From the NCBI GenBank assembly GCA_030059675.1, contig JANVYQ010000012.1:1-49476 (forward strand): a stretch of 49,476 nucleotides of DNA. The letters run 5' to 3'. The notes below the pieces were generated by a model that did not search any database, was not told the DNA's origin, and saw nothing but the letters and a program-made list of their open reading frames with translations. Shown here piece by piece: positions 49,211 to 49,476 of this stretch. The translations under genes were made by a program, and so were the position numbers. How positions within the stretch are numbered: the stretch's first letter is position 1; every line of letters starts with the position of its first letter. The DNA comes from Candidatus Pelearchaeum maunauluense. GTDB taxonomy: Archaea > Thermoproteota > Nitrososphaeria_A > Caldarchaeales > Caldarchaeaceae.

Positions 49211-49476
49211 ATGAGCAGGAGGGCTGTTCTCATCAACATGGGTTTCGACCCCACGGCAAGCTTGGATATCGTATCTGCCATGTCCCTTTCATCTGGGGAT
49301 ATGCTGATCGCAGTTTATCCTAAGAGCGGTGATGAAGTCTCTAGACTCAGAAGCGAACAAGCAAGAACACAGATTAAGAACTACGTTAGCATGCTTAAAA
49401 CTACTGGACGAAACGTAAAATATGAAGAATTGGAATTAAATTTGGAAGACATAGCAACTGCGATAGATGTATTGTT
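49211..49476 (+). CDS. csa3: Csa3-type CARF transcription regulator, truncated by window edge
   Basis: MSRRAVLINMGFDP... resembles the CARF N-terminal GFD motif; follows cas6. Confidence 0.7.
   Translation, partial: MSRRAVLINMGFDPTASLDIVSAMSLSSGDMLIAVYPKSGDEVSRLRSEQARTQIKNYVSMLKTTGRNVKYEELELNLEDIATAIDVL

Overview
Archaeal chromosome segment, most likely from a thermophilic TACK-superphylum organism. This is an inference from TFE, aTrm56, archaeal uL2/uL3/uL4/uL23/uS19, tRNAs with non-canonical BHB introns, a 2424-aa S-layer-type protein and a type I-A cas operon, and it is compatible with Caldarchaeales/'Aigarchaeota'. Core genes are thiolase, 3-hydroxyacyl-CoA dehydrogenase, tfe, trm56, archease, a SPOUT methylase, a fragmented ribosomal-protein cluster, HIT and PAC2. 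They alternate with tRNA-anchored accessory patches holding five intact HEPN-MNT pairs plus two remnants, many pseudogenes, and coiled-coil/PD-(D/E)XK repeat genes. There are three tRNAs: Phe-GAA, Val-GAC, and Val-CAC with two non-canonical introns. The most unusual features are: (1) a TnpB reduced to RuvC, bridge helix and Zn ribbon (catalytic D-E-D intact), embedded between two large structured RNA regions whose ends are complementary; (2) a second, internally deleted TnpB element flanked by an exact 22-bp direct repeat that begins right after TTAA in the apparent tRNA-Phe promoter; (3) a LAGLIDADG endonuclease remnant bracketed by a degenerate duplication of the tRNA-Val intron/T-arm; (4) a ~206-nt K-turn-containing ncRNA candidate with SRP-like architecture but a non-canonical helix-8 loop. 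No CRISPR array or cas1/cas2/cas4 is visible; the cas locus runs off the right edge. All family calls come from motif recognition by eye, and no searches were run.
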